Source: Mizuhopecten yessoensis (taxonomy: Eukaryota). Taken from it: a stretch of 64,000 nt of DNA. The notes below the pieces were generated by a model. It had not been told where the DNA came from. It was given only the letters and a program-made list of their open reading frames with translations, and did no database searches. Positions 45,939 to 57,969 of this stretch are shown piece after piece. The DNA lies in assembly GCF_002113885.1 (NCBI RefSeq), contig NW_018404492.1, positions 7,381,173 to 7,445,172 of the forward strand. The letters run 5' to 3'. The first letter of the stretch is position 1; each line of letters starts with the position of its first letter. The position numbers and the translations under genes were made by a program.

Positions 45939-48900
45939 TAAGATAGGGTCGACGCAGCGAGGCAAACAAGGTAAACGTTACACTGCACCATATGGCTATT
46001 CCGTCCATACCGGACTCATCAGAAGAACTTTAGGTCTTATAAAATAGTAAATAAAACAAAAATACTAAAACTTTCCGAAACATGTGGAAATACTGTGAAT
46101 GGGGACTGGTGCATACAACCCCTTTCTAATGTTACAAAGGCTAAACGTTTGGCTAAAACAGAAAATGAATTCTGAAACTAACATTTCATGCAGATCGACC
46201 AGAAAAAAAATTGCCATTCCAATAAGATAATGGATCAAGAACATTCCAATTGACTACATAACCCATACAAAATCAATCGTGCTTATCGAAGGTGTTACAG
46301 GTGAGGTAGGATAGTCTCGGTGTGAACAATGCCTTGGCAATAACACAACGTTCCCATGTGAATTTTAATCTACATGGAGATACATATCTCATCATGTGCC
46401 ACTCATAAATGTATTTTCTGCTCATAGAACCCTGCTTCGCGTATGGAACAGGAAGTTTATTTGCATAGCTCGGTCAGAATATTTGTCTGCTTCATAATGT
46501 ATCTACAACGTGTAGTAAAGACTTATATCATGTGAGGTATTTATACCGATTATCAACGACATGTTCTTATAGTAACAACAATGTTTAACAATGAACAGCA
46601 CAGAATTTGAACGATTTCTTTTTCCTATTTCCAGTAATTTAAGTAGACTATGTATAAACGTTTTTGAAAATTACAATTAATGAAGACAGAACAAAATATT
46701 TAAAACATTAGTATAACAAAAGGTACGATAGGTTTTGAAACAGATTCATAGCACAGAATTGGAGCCGCTTTTAACAGAGTTACTTGATAGTGCCACGCTC
46801 TAGTGATTTACCACTCATGTGCATCAACTTTCGTTCATATAGCGTACCAGAAGAGACACTTCACCGTATCTATTTCATATACATAATTGATTATGATCCA
46901 TTTTCAATTGCGATCGGAGAGTCCGGCATCATACGGTCAATTAGTAAATTTATACATTATACAATCATGCTTCACCACTCTATCAAATACGTACCAATGT
47001 GAATATATACAGTGCAAATTATACAGAACATATATATACAAATAAATAATTCAACACTCCGACCATGCATACATGATAAACTTAAAGCGATAGTGTAGAG
47101 AGTGATTCCGTTCAGCTTAAACAGTATTGAATCTCCTTTTATGACTTTGGCTCAGAAATGTTGCTAACTTAGACAGTTAAACCGTGAAGTCTGCCAGTTT
47201 CAATGTTTAACGCATGCGATGACAACCGAATTTTAACAATTTGTTTTATATTTTGGAAACCAACAGGTTTAATTAAATACTGTCTTTAACATAATAGATC
47301 GCAATGTCGTCCCGTTTCATACTACTGCAAAAGAAAGAAAAACATATTTTAATTAGTCTAATTGTGTGATTCAGGGAACTCCAGTGTGACGTTTTATAAC
47401 CTATTATGTAATGAAACAACAATATCTAGACAGCACAAACTAACAAGATTATATATGTTACACTTCTTGAGATTCATTATTTTTGGAAGCATTTTCTGAT
47501 AAACCGTTTAAAATACTTAAAGGTAATCATTGATTTTTGTCTGTAAAAACAAAACATACATAAAATGTTTAGGTTAAATAACTAATATCTAATAATGTAA
47601 TTGCTCCAGGTTGAATTATCTTCTTATTGGAAACCAATTAGATATAATCAGTTTTAATATTTAAATTTCTTTCCTGCAAAACACTATCAGAACACATAAT
47701 GTAAAGAATGACAAACTCGATAAAGAGACAGTATTTATTTTAGTAAATCAGTGTGTAATCAAACGATACAAATTTTGTGTCACAAAGAAAATTACATAAC
47801 AACGCCACAACCAGAATAATGCAAGCAATTTGGTTCGTCGTCGATTGCAGTGATTATAGCTACAAGGCTTAGAATATACTTAGGTATCTACTTTTACTCA
47901 ACTAATGTAGGGAAATCCAGCAGAGGTTAGAATTAGTGTCTGTGCCCTCTACCTCGGCACACAAAAGCGACCAAAATATATCCGCGCACCCATTGCAACA
48001 TTTGGAATCTTATAGTATATTTCTCTCTCCTTCCTGACACTATTTTTGTTTACTAACGCCTCTCTTGGCAAAACCTCGCTTTTGGCCATATTGTTGAACG
48101 TTTGCCCAAATAGGGAAGGCAATGGGTTCTGTCCACAGGCTTCAAAAACTGGCAGTTCTTATTCCCTCCTAAAGTTCAGTAGTCGCAACAACGGATAAAC
48201 CTGTAGTCAGTATAGACTGACCAAGTGGGATACTGTGCTGGGTGTTTTTGGCATGGTATTTCAGCGAGGTAGCTCTCTACTGTGGGCAGTATATCCGCAC
48301 TCTTGCAAAGGAGGCAGATACACCAACATACCGTCTCAAGCAAACATACACGCATACAGTACACACATGCAGTCATATCCTTAGATTACCTTGGATTTTG
48401 ATTGGACACTAACCTAATCAACCCAAATCAAAATGGCCGAATAAAGGTATTCTATTATTCTTTCCTGCGAAAAAAAAATCAGTAGTTACCAATAGCCTGC
48501 TTGATTTCATGTGGTTATAGTTTTCGGGATTGTACAGAAAAGGTGGATGTGTATGCGTTTTCTAGTACATGTGATTATGAAGATTGTCTAGGACCATGAC
48601 AGGAAACGATATTTGTGTTATGAGCAATGTGTTACGTATCTGAATCACGGTAGTTAACATCAAACGAAATTGCCGTGCAGTTTACCTGTACACCTAATTA
48701 GACTCATGAATTCAATCAATGGCGACACAATTATTAGGTTTATGGCGGGAGAAGAAATAGTGTGCAAGAAACCTTGGAGTCTGACGTCGCTATGCCGGCT
48801 CTGCATGGGGTTTTCTTTGATAACGGTAAAACAGTACAAAGTGAGTTAGCCCCGGTAAACCCTATCCTTCTAGGTACTCGAAGAGGTGTGGCTATATCAT

Positions 48901-51061
48901 AGGAATATGTGTTCAGCCTTGTTTTGTAACGTTTATGCATCGATTCAACCGCCGCATCAATTCTAACAGGATTCTAATACATGCGTCGGCATTAAAATAC
49001 CGCGCACACACGTATAGAACACAGCTCTATGTGGACAGGTAATGTTTGTATACATAACCGCTCTGTTGTTCATTGTCTAACATGACCACATTTATACGTC
49101 GGTGTCATCGACAACCTATTTGGCTTTTTTTTGGCTTTTTTTAGGGGTTTGATAAATGTACAGTCTGGGAACGATAAAGATACATTAAGCTTGAAAATCT
49201 AGAGCAGTACTGCTTAGTCGATCACTTGAGGCATGTTCAATGAGGAATGCATCTCATAATAACAATTAACAATTTAGCTACTCCATTTCATAGATACAAA
49301 CAACAGGCCAAAGTTGGTGCTCCTGAAAATACACATGCTACTCTAGTATCAGTGATCCGAAATATTAAGTAATGTAAATAAAGCTATCCAGAAACTCATT
49401 CACATGGATCATATTTTCATGGATACGACATGATTATTTTGACGTTATCATAAAAACTCCATAGCAAGTGGACAGGCTGAAATATTTGACGAGTTTATAA
49501 AGGCAGATGCCAAAATCCTGGCCACTACAATTACACGTTCGGGCTTATCGACGACGAAACCTCTTTAAATAGCAAGAAATACACTGACTTTCTGTGGTAT
49601 GAAGGTCGATGTTTTTTAATATGCTCATTAGCGTATCTTGTTTATTTGTCAGTATCTCGGTTTTTACTTGGCGGATGTGACTTCGACATTTAACCTTTTT
49701 ATACTTGGATACGACCTAGATTTACATGTTGAGTGTCGTCGATGAGGTAAAAGACGCTGACCTTTCCAACATGCAAGGTTTTATTCATCTTAGATACTGT
49801 TTTAATGAGTTCCAAGTTGATCTTTCGTTTGTTCAAATTTTGCCCTAGAGTATTGTTTGGATTTATTTTTTTAACATTTTCAGAGAGGGAGACCATATTT
49901 CCAATGTCTGAAATTTGCTCCATAAAGTCACATGAAAAGCCCATAGTTCGACATCATTTTATTTGAATGGTAACGATCTGACATCGAAATGCTTGAGTTA
50001 ACGTTGTAACTCGCTTCTTCTACAGAATCACTTCAATGAAAACAAGAATGATTCTACCCAACTGTCAAACTGTACGATAGGTTGAATTCAAATAATTCAA
50101 TTCTTTCCATCTGACGTCACACACTTACAGCGTGTCACTACTCTAGCGGTTGACATATTTTTTTCATTATTTAAATGGGAGACATCTCTATGAAGGATGG
50201 GAGAGTCAACATCCGGTCAGTATGAATGATACAATTGAATGTCCATATCTATTGATCAGTTCATGCACCATGTAGAAATCAATAAAGTATCATTGATACA
50301 TCGGATGTAAAAATAGTATAGAAATAGACACTATGGAATACAAAACCAGTCGGTGTCCGAATTCTGAATGCCGTCGTGTGCTTATCGTGTGATATGATTC
50401 TTTATTTATTATCGAATTCTATCAACATAATAAACCTGATATCTTTCACATTATGACATATCTCAAAACGTATCTTTTTTCACAGTCTAAAACTATCCCA
50501 TTTGGCATTGACCAATTAGAAGGTACTTTTCACTGCATTCGAAGTCTGACATTTTCTGTTTAAAAGCATATAAATCTTAAATATATATACACTATTGTGC
50601 GTATGTAATTACAAAGTTGTAAATAGTTTTATCAACAAATTTTACCACATTATAGCAGACAACAGTAGAATTGTTTGGAGTAGCCCATGTAATATGACCC
50701 AAAGACTTATTGTTAAGTGTGACGTTATCACAATATGGCGCTAAAGATTACGCTATAAAATATCGTATAATAGAATATATTGTTACCTGACTCGCTATAT
50801 AAATGCATATTAATCAATTTCGACTATTTCCCAGATAATTCACCAAACGAACTATAGCTAATGTGGGCTACCGTAAAACTGTTGACTGGTCATGTGCAAC
50901 TGTTGACTGGTCTCATGTTAGGTAATCGAACGCACCTACAATTACAAGCACCGCGATGACCAAGCGTTTTTGGTACTGGATTGTTGACGGTTGTCTGTTG
51001 GTAGATCTAAACATCACATTCGACATAGAACTTTTTGGTTTTTCATTGGTCAAGTAACAAA

Positions 51062-51236
51062 ACAGTTGTTTCATGCCTCATCAGTCAACAGACAAAGGTA
51101 TTTTCCCGAGGATTTCGGACCCACCAGATGAACTGTTTCCCTCGGCCTGCGGCCTCGGGAAACAGTTCATCTGGTGGGTCCGAACTCCTCGGGAAAATAC
51201 TTTTGACTGTTGACTGATAAGGCATGAAACAACTGT
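51062..51236. mobile_element. Near-perfect palindromic MITE with CCTCGGCCTGCGGCCTCGG centre
   Basis: ~80-bp arms ACAGTTGTTTCATGCCT.ATCAGTCAACAG... / ...CTGTTGACTGATAAGGCATGAAACAACTGT. Confidence 0.9.
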
Positions 51237-52539
51237 ATACTGATATTTTCACTCGTGTCTTCTCTCACCAGAATTAATATCAGTATTCTACCATGCTGGT
51301 GAAATGTAAATATGTCTATAACATTCTACGGGAAACCATCAAATATGGTTATTCTGATGTACCGGAATTCTCAAAACGAGCTCAAATGAGTCACACTTTT
51401 AAGTCGACTCTTAACACGTATCGTCTTTGGACACCATCTTATCTTGGAAAATATTATTTCTGTATACATTTTGTATATATATAAGACACACGTTCGCTAT
51501 ATGTTTAATAAGGGTAACGAATGCTAATATTTTCGATGTATATATCATACCATCATCAAATATTTACCCGTGTTTAGCCTGTTCAAACTTCAAGATATAA
51601 TTATAATAGCTCCCAAATGAGTTTTAAAGGGAACTAAGTTAGATTTTGAAATATAATTTTAAAACAGCACTTGACTATTCTACTTGCAAATTAAAACATT
51701 CCCGCTAACTGTACGTTTCTAAAATGGTCTCTGCCTTCACAGATGTAGTTATGATCGTGACATATTTACAATAATTTCACGAGTAAATATGTGGATGTCG
51801 GTCGACGTAATGAGCCCGCGGCATATACACGTCCATCTTCAACTCTATTGATTGTCACCAGCTTATAACACGCCACGGTCGCTACCTTCATTATATGACT
51901 ACCGAGCACTCCTACCTGTAGTTAGGGTACCATATTATACATGCTTATATGGCATTTGACAGTATGCAGGTCAATTACACACATACGACGTCTCTGTTAG
52001 AATATCTGCGATCAGGATCGCAATGTTAAACACATTTTTCACGTAAAAACTCAAGATGGATCTGGCATATCGGATATTTTACTGGGTTGAATGGTTGGAT
52101 GGTTGCTGTGCCAATGCACTTGAACGTTGACAGTTTTCAAGTTTTAGGATATGATTCACAGCAGATCGTCAGGTGCCTTATCACGCTGGAATAAAATATA
52201 ACGCTTCTTACGGCTATACAATTTAAGCGGAACTTTTTCAGCATCGGAAATCACGATTCATGAAAAATTTAAGGTGGAATTGAGACTTATGGGATATGTA
52301 ACCTTGGGTGACTCAACACCGTACGACAACATATATAACACAGTGGATTGAGAATGTTGAAGCGTAGGTTTTAGGTTGGCGCCCGTTTTCGTACAGGTTA
52401 TCTCATGACATTCCAGGAAACGAATCAATGATTGGGCCAAGTCGATGGTAACACAGATCTAACATTACTGTGAGCGTGGACAGTATGACGAAACGAGCAT
52501 AAACCATTGAAAGCACAAAATGCGTAAACTTTTTTCAGG

Positions 52540-52657
52540 ATGGCGAAACTAAAGAGCTTTAATGTAACTTTTACAAATACCAATGGAGTATGTTTTGCCG
52601 GGAGAGAGCTTGGTGGAGCTATTGTCCTGGACGTGGCAAGCAAATATAAGATGAAAG
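52540..52657 (+). CDS. Probable first coding exon of an arrestin-domain-containing protein (alpha-arrestin/ARRDC family); remainder not found in window
   Basis: TTTTTCAG|G-ATG start; MAKLKSFNVTFTNTNGVCFAGRELGGAIVLDVASKYKMK then phase-1 donor G|GTTAGT. Fits the Arrestin_N start pattern M.KL..F.I.F....GVY.AG..V.G...L......M.G. Absent from the ORF track because it is <60 aa. Confidence 0.65.
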
Positions 52658-53961
52658 GTTAGTGATTATTATGACATCAATTCTAAAGAAATTATAAATT
52701 GTACTATATAACTAAAGTTCATACGTTACTTCATAAGATATGATTCCGTACGCAGACTTTGTGTTGTGTTGGTGTGTCGTTCGTAATATACTAAATGTTT
52801 ACCATATTACTAGTGTATTTTGTTGGTGTACTTCATGTTCAAAATGTTCTCCAAATCATGCTGTTTTCTGTTGGTTCACCAAGTCCCTTTGAGTTATATT
52901 GCTGTGACCTAGACAATTTAACAGCCGCAATGCTCGTACTCTAGAGATGTTCTAATTGGTTTCTGGTACTGAACATATTTATATAATACAGTCGACAAAC
53001 ATTAGTTTTATTTGACAGAGCGTTTGGCGTGTCCCTTCGGCAATTTCTACATTTATATGTTACATCATCTCAATCAATGCCACTCCAACAGGTTCAATGC
53101 CTGTAATAGCATCACTTCCGCGCAACTATTTTAACGTATTAATATTCAATATATTCATTTGATTCTATTACGGGGTCAGCAAGTTTATAACGTAAACTGT
53201 TCGGCGCCAAGCATCATACACTATCATCTGTGCTTTGGATCAAATGATGATCTCGTGATAGTTTTACCAACAGCAAATCCAGTGCTTTCGTTGATGTGTA
53301 ATATCGAAGTTAAGGATATCCACTGAGTATAACGTTGGCCGCATATCTAACGCCAAAACTAGTATCTTGAATAATGTAGAAATCTTGAAACTCTCTGATA
53401 AGGAAAGTACAATTGGTTATTAATCAGGTCTATCAGTTCATGGTTGCTTTCTCCATGTTCCCTGAGCTGATGAAAATTCCGATTTCCGAAATATCTTTTG
53501 GACAGTTACCCCTGTGAAAATTATGTGTCATAAAGCTAATAAAAGTTGAAGAACAGTAACCTTAAACAATACCTATGCGGTCCATTTGACTTAACTTAAA
53601 GGTAATCTATGGTTGTTTTCGTATTATATTCTGTTCATATTGAGGCTTTGGTAGATCCCGCGACCCTTTTTATTTGAATTTAGCAAATCCTTTAGCAATC
53701 CAAGGAATCTGTGGCCCTGGCAAACTTACAATCCATTGGTATGGGAGTTTGAAACTAAATAAAAGACAATTAGATTGTTTTACATATTGAGCATGTTTTT
53801 CAGATATATAGTGTACTCAACTTCTGTTATTACAGCAAGACAACATGATAATACTGTTTTAAAATACCGAAAATATGCAACAAGATATATTTAAACATTG
53901 TGAACGACTGGTAGTTTGGTCAATTAAATAGAGTACACAGTAATACAGGGAATTTGATATT

Positions 53962-54803
53962 ACGAGATAGGTGCGCATTGGATGTTGGTTATTTCTAAAG
54001 ACATTATTACGGGACAGGTGCGCGTTGAAGGTTGGTCATTCCTAAAGACATTATTACGGGACAGGTTCGCGTTGAAGATTGGTTATTCCTAAAAACATTA
54101 TTACGGGACAGGTGCGCGTTGAAGATTGGTCATTCCTAAAGACAATATTACAAAACATGTGCGCGTTGAAGGTTGGTCATTCCTAAAGACATTATTACGG
54201 GACATGTGCGCGTTAAAGGTTGGTCATTCCTAAAGACATTATTACGGCACATGTGCGCGTTGAAGGTTGGTTATTCCTAAAGACATTATAACGGGACATG
54301 TGCGCGTTGAAGGTTGGTCATTCCTAAAGACATTATTACGGGACATGTGCGCGTTGAAGGTTGGTCATTCCTAAAGACATTATTACGGGACATGTGCGCG
54401 TTGAAGGTTGGTTATTCCTAAAGACATTATTACGGGACATGTGCGCGTTGAAGGTTGGTTATTCCTAAAGACATTATTACGGGACATGTGCGCGTTGAAG
54501 GTTGGTTATTCCTAAAGACATTATTACGGGACATGTGCGCGTTGAAGGTTGGTTATTCCTAAAGACATTATTACGGGACATGTGCGCGTTGAAGGTTGGT
54601 TATTCCTAAAGACATTATTACGGGACATGTGCGCGTTGAAGGTTGGTTATTCCTAAAGACATTATTACGGGACATGTGCGCGTTGAAGGTTGGTTATTCC
54701 TAAAGACATTATTACGGGACATGTGCGCGTTGAAGGTTGGTTATTCCAAAAGACATTATTACGGGACAGGTGCGCGTTGAATGTTGGTTATTCCTAAAGA
54801 CAT
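53962..54803. repeat. 47-bp tandem repeat, ~18 copies
   Basis: Unit GGGACATGTGCGCGTTGAAGGTTGGTTATTCCTAAAGACATTATTAC (e.g. starts 54481, 54528); diverged at both ends. Confidence 0.97.
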
Positions 54804-57800
54804 TTGTTCTTTGTGTCGTCTTACATTTTCACAGTTAGTGGTACATGTTATCCCTTAATGTGCAAAACACAATAAGGGGTGAAGAGTTTTAAGGGGACAT
54901 CGAAGACTCTCTTATTTATCTGCTGCATTTATTGTGAACTTCCTTCACATTTTCTGCATTTATTACTTCAGCGGTTCTCTTGAGGCACCTGCTATTTACG
55001 CACTGTCCCTCTTGTGATTCGGAATAGCATTATTTTGTTGATAAATCGAAGACTTATTAAACATAAACATATACATATATCTTCTTCTAGTACATCTCTT
55101 TGCGGGTGTTTTGTTTTGTCATTTGATCGGTAGATCAGCTCTAGCTTAGATAATGTCTGGTCCTCGGCGACTCTCGCAAACCCTTCTACCTATTTACTCG
55201 TTAGTAATTCATGGAATATTATTGAAGTGGTAATGATTGCTTGTTAATTACTGGTGATGAGTGCAATTTATTGTGTTCACGTCCGGGAACTCCTGAAACT
55301 CATCTTCAGAAATGACTATTGACTAACGATATCCACGATTGTGGACATACGATTTCCAATACTTAATTGACAACGTTGCATCTTTGAACTCGAATCAACT
55401 GTAAGGAATAAAGTAATTTTAATCACCTTTTCTCGAGGATTGTCAGCAGCCAGAAGTTTTTTTCCTCATCAGTGTAAATGAGCGGATCGCTTATACGACT
55501 GAAATGGAAAGCGTTTAACTTCTTAAATCCCATGGATTTTTAATGAATCGCCATTTTGCTTTTGAATATTTTGTCATTATATAGAATAAGTGTTTTGAAA
55601 GAAATCAATATGAATTTGAAAACATGAAGACATTACTTAGTAAAATTGCGAAACGAAAACAATGTACATTTGTATTAACATGGATAAGTTTACCGTGCCA
55701 ACGGTAATCAACAAAAAACACACAAATAGAAAGCGCTTAATTATTGATTGTGTTAGGTTTGAAGTCATGCGAAACTGAATAAAGTGTTTGTACATAAAGC
55801 TGATAAGAGTTATAGTAACACTTTTGTAGAATTAAAATGTGAAATCAATCGAACCGTCCAGATTATATTGGGTTTGAAGCTTCCTATAACAGCCGTTATA
55901 ATGGCTGCTTCCAAAAACATGTCTATTCTATTACGTCCTTATCACCAGCCATTATTGACCAAATGATAAAGACACGGAGAAACTGGAAGGTTACCAAGGG
56001 TACATTTATACCTGAGAAGAGCGGACAGATAGCAAAATGAAATATTGAAAACTGCTTTTTTAGGCCTTTCCTTTTTCCAATGAAAAATGGAGCTTTTTTG
56101 TTAGGATTTTGTTTTCTTGTCACATATTGTTTGTGGTCTTTTTTCATCCTTATTCTTCACTTCTGCCATATCCAAAAAGTTGCTAACAAGTTACTTAGTG
56201 GACCGTAATAACGCTTTACATGACTACTGATGATTTGTTGTATTTTAACGACTAAACATCAAAGATGGCGAACGCGCTTTCTGATTGGTCGAAACATTTA
56301 TCAGGTTCTATTAGTGGATTGAAATGAAATTGAAAGGGATGCTACATTTCCATTGACAATTGATCATTGTGTTTAACTCTGGCATTATTTAGCCCCCTTT
56401 GATCGTATCTTGTTAGAGTATGAATAAGGTATCCTTTATGTTTAACAACTGAACAACCAACTCTGGCTTTAGAGATTCAAGTTTGGAGTTATTGCTTTAG
56501 ATTTGCAGAACTATTTACAGTGTACATTTTTTCTTCGAGTTGTGATGAATCCACTTTCTTTGTATTTTGTTGGAATGTTAGATAGGTGGTGCTCTCATTC
56601 ATCATTCTTGTACGTTTTCCCCCCGTTTTGTAGGATAATTGCCTTTGAGATGAAACGTTTCATTTTCTCACATCTCATTCATCAATGGACCGATCGACAT
56701 GGGGCGAATTCCATAATGTTTTGAAATTTCTTTTGACGCATTTGCCTTCACGTTTATCTTCTCCTTTTTGTCGTAAGTAAGACCATAGAATACTGTATAT
56801 GTCGAATAAGGGGTTCGTTTCAGTCCCGTTGAAATGTGTAGGCAGTGCAACAAATAACTGTCGGTTGTCGAGTTGGTGGTTTTTTTTCGAAATAAAAAGA
56901 ACAGGTTTTATGTATGTTGTTTAATATTTGGTTTTGCCGTTGTATAAGCATCTCACCTTTAATTGGATAGTTTCCTTCTAACAAAATTGGTTTTGCTTTG
57001 CAGGTGAATTCGATTTAATCAATAATCCATGTACGTGTACATATTCAAAGAATTAAAAATATTACCAATCATACGTATAAGAAAAAATCAATCTCATTAT
57101 GTAACAGATTTTATTAGACCGGTACAAAGCTAGAAATGTAATAAGACAGAGGACAACATAAGTTCTCACCTCTCCAACAAATCTATGTTCAGATTCCTTG
57201 TTGAAATATACCAGAAATCTAATGCAAACTTACTTGGGGAATACAAGCAGACACGTGACACATTCAGTTTACCGCCTAACTGTGCTGCGGAAGCTACATG
57301 TACGACTAGGAAGGTCAAAATATTTCAGGTGTAATTTTTCAGAAAATATGAATTCAAAAACGACATTTCCCTGCGTGTTCTGTTCAAATAACTAATGTTG
57401 TTATTGGGATCGTTTGTTTAGGCATGTAACGAATGATACAGCTATGTCTGTCATCCGCGTGTTTGTTGGCTTCAAATATCAGTTCTATGCACAACATTTT
57501 GTATATATCGATAAGCTATAAATTTACATTTTTGACGTGCCCGGTCCCGTGCATGTCTCTTGAGATTTTGCGACATTGTGCTTTTTGAGGCGTGTCAGAA
57601 AAATGAGATTCCAGTCATGTTGCATATGTGACAAATGACATCAATAAAACAACAATATGAAATATATACCCATACCTAAAATAAACCTCTTAATGAACCA
57701 AACAGGAAATAAACCGTGTATGTATCAATTTTATAACGACATGGTGTACATTTCATGGATTAAAAATATGTAACCATGGAAACATGTGGCAAACTTTACC

Positions 57801-57805
57801 ATGAC

Positions 57806-57969
57806 ATTTAAGGACTGACCTTCATTTTGACTGCGTATACGGTAGTATGAACGCAGGTGGCAACGAACATATTCTATGGAGCGCGTTAGCGCTCCATAAA
57901 GAATATGTTCGTTGCCAACTGCGTTCATACTACCGTATACACAGTCAAACTGAAGATCAATTCTTATAT
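57806..57969. mobile_element. Palindromic MITE-like element
   Basis: Arms CTTCA.TTTGACTG.GTATACGGTAGTATGAACGCAG.TGGCAACGAACATATTCT.TGGAGCGC fold back around GTTA. A related short palindrome ACTGCGTATAC...GTATACGCAGT lies at ~58183-58210. Confidence 0.85.

Noticed and set aside
48739-48840. Isolated plus-strand exon candidate (TTATTAG...AAA|GTGAGT)
   Set aside because: No recognisable protein in the open frames and no partner exon identified.
49699-49944. 81-aa minus-strand ORF
   Set aside because: No motif, no convincing splice context, and flanking frames are closed.
55949-56040. Candidate exon 2 of the arrestin-like gene
   Set aside because: The in-phase translation (AIIDQMIKTRRNWKVTKG...) lacks arrestin features and runs to a stop.
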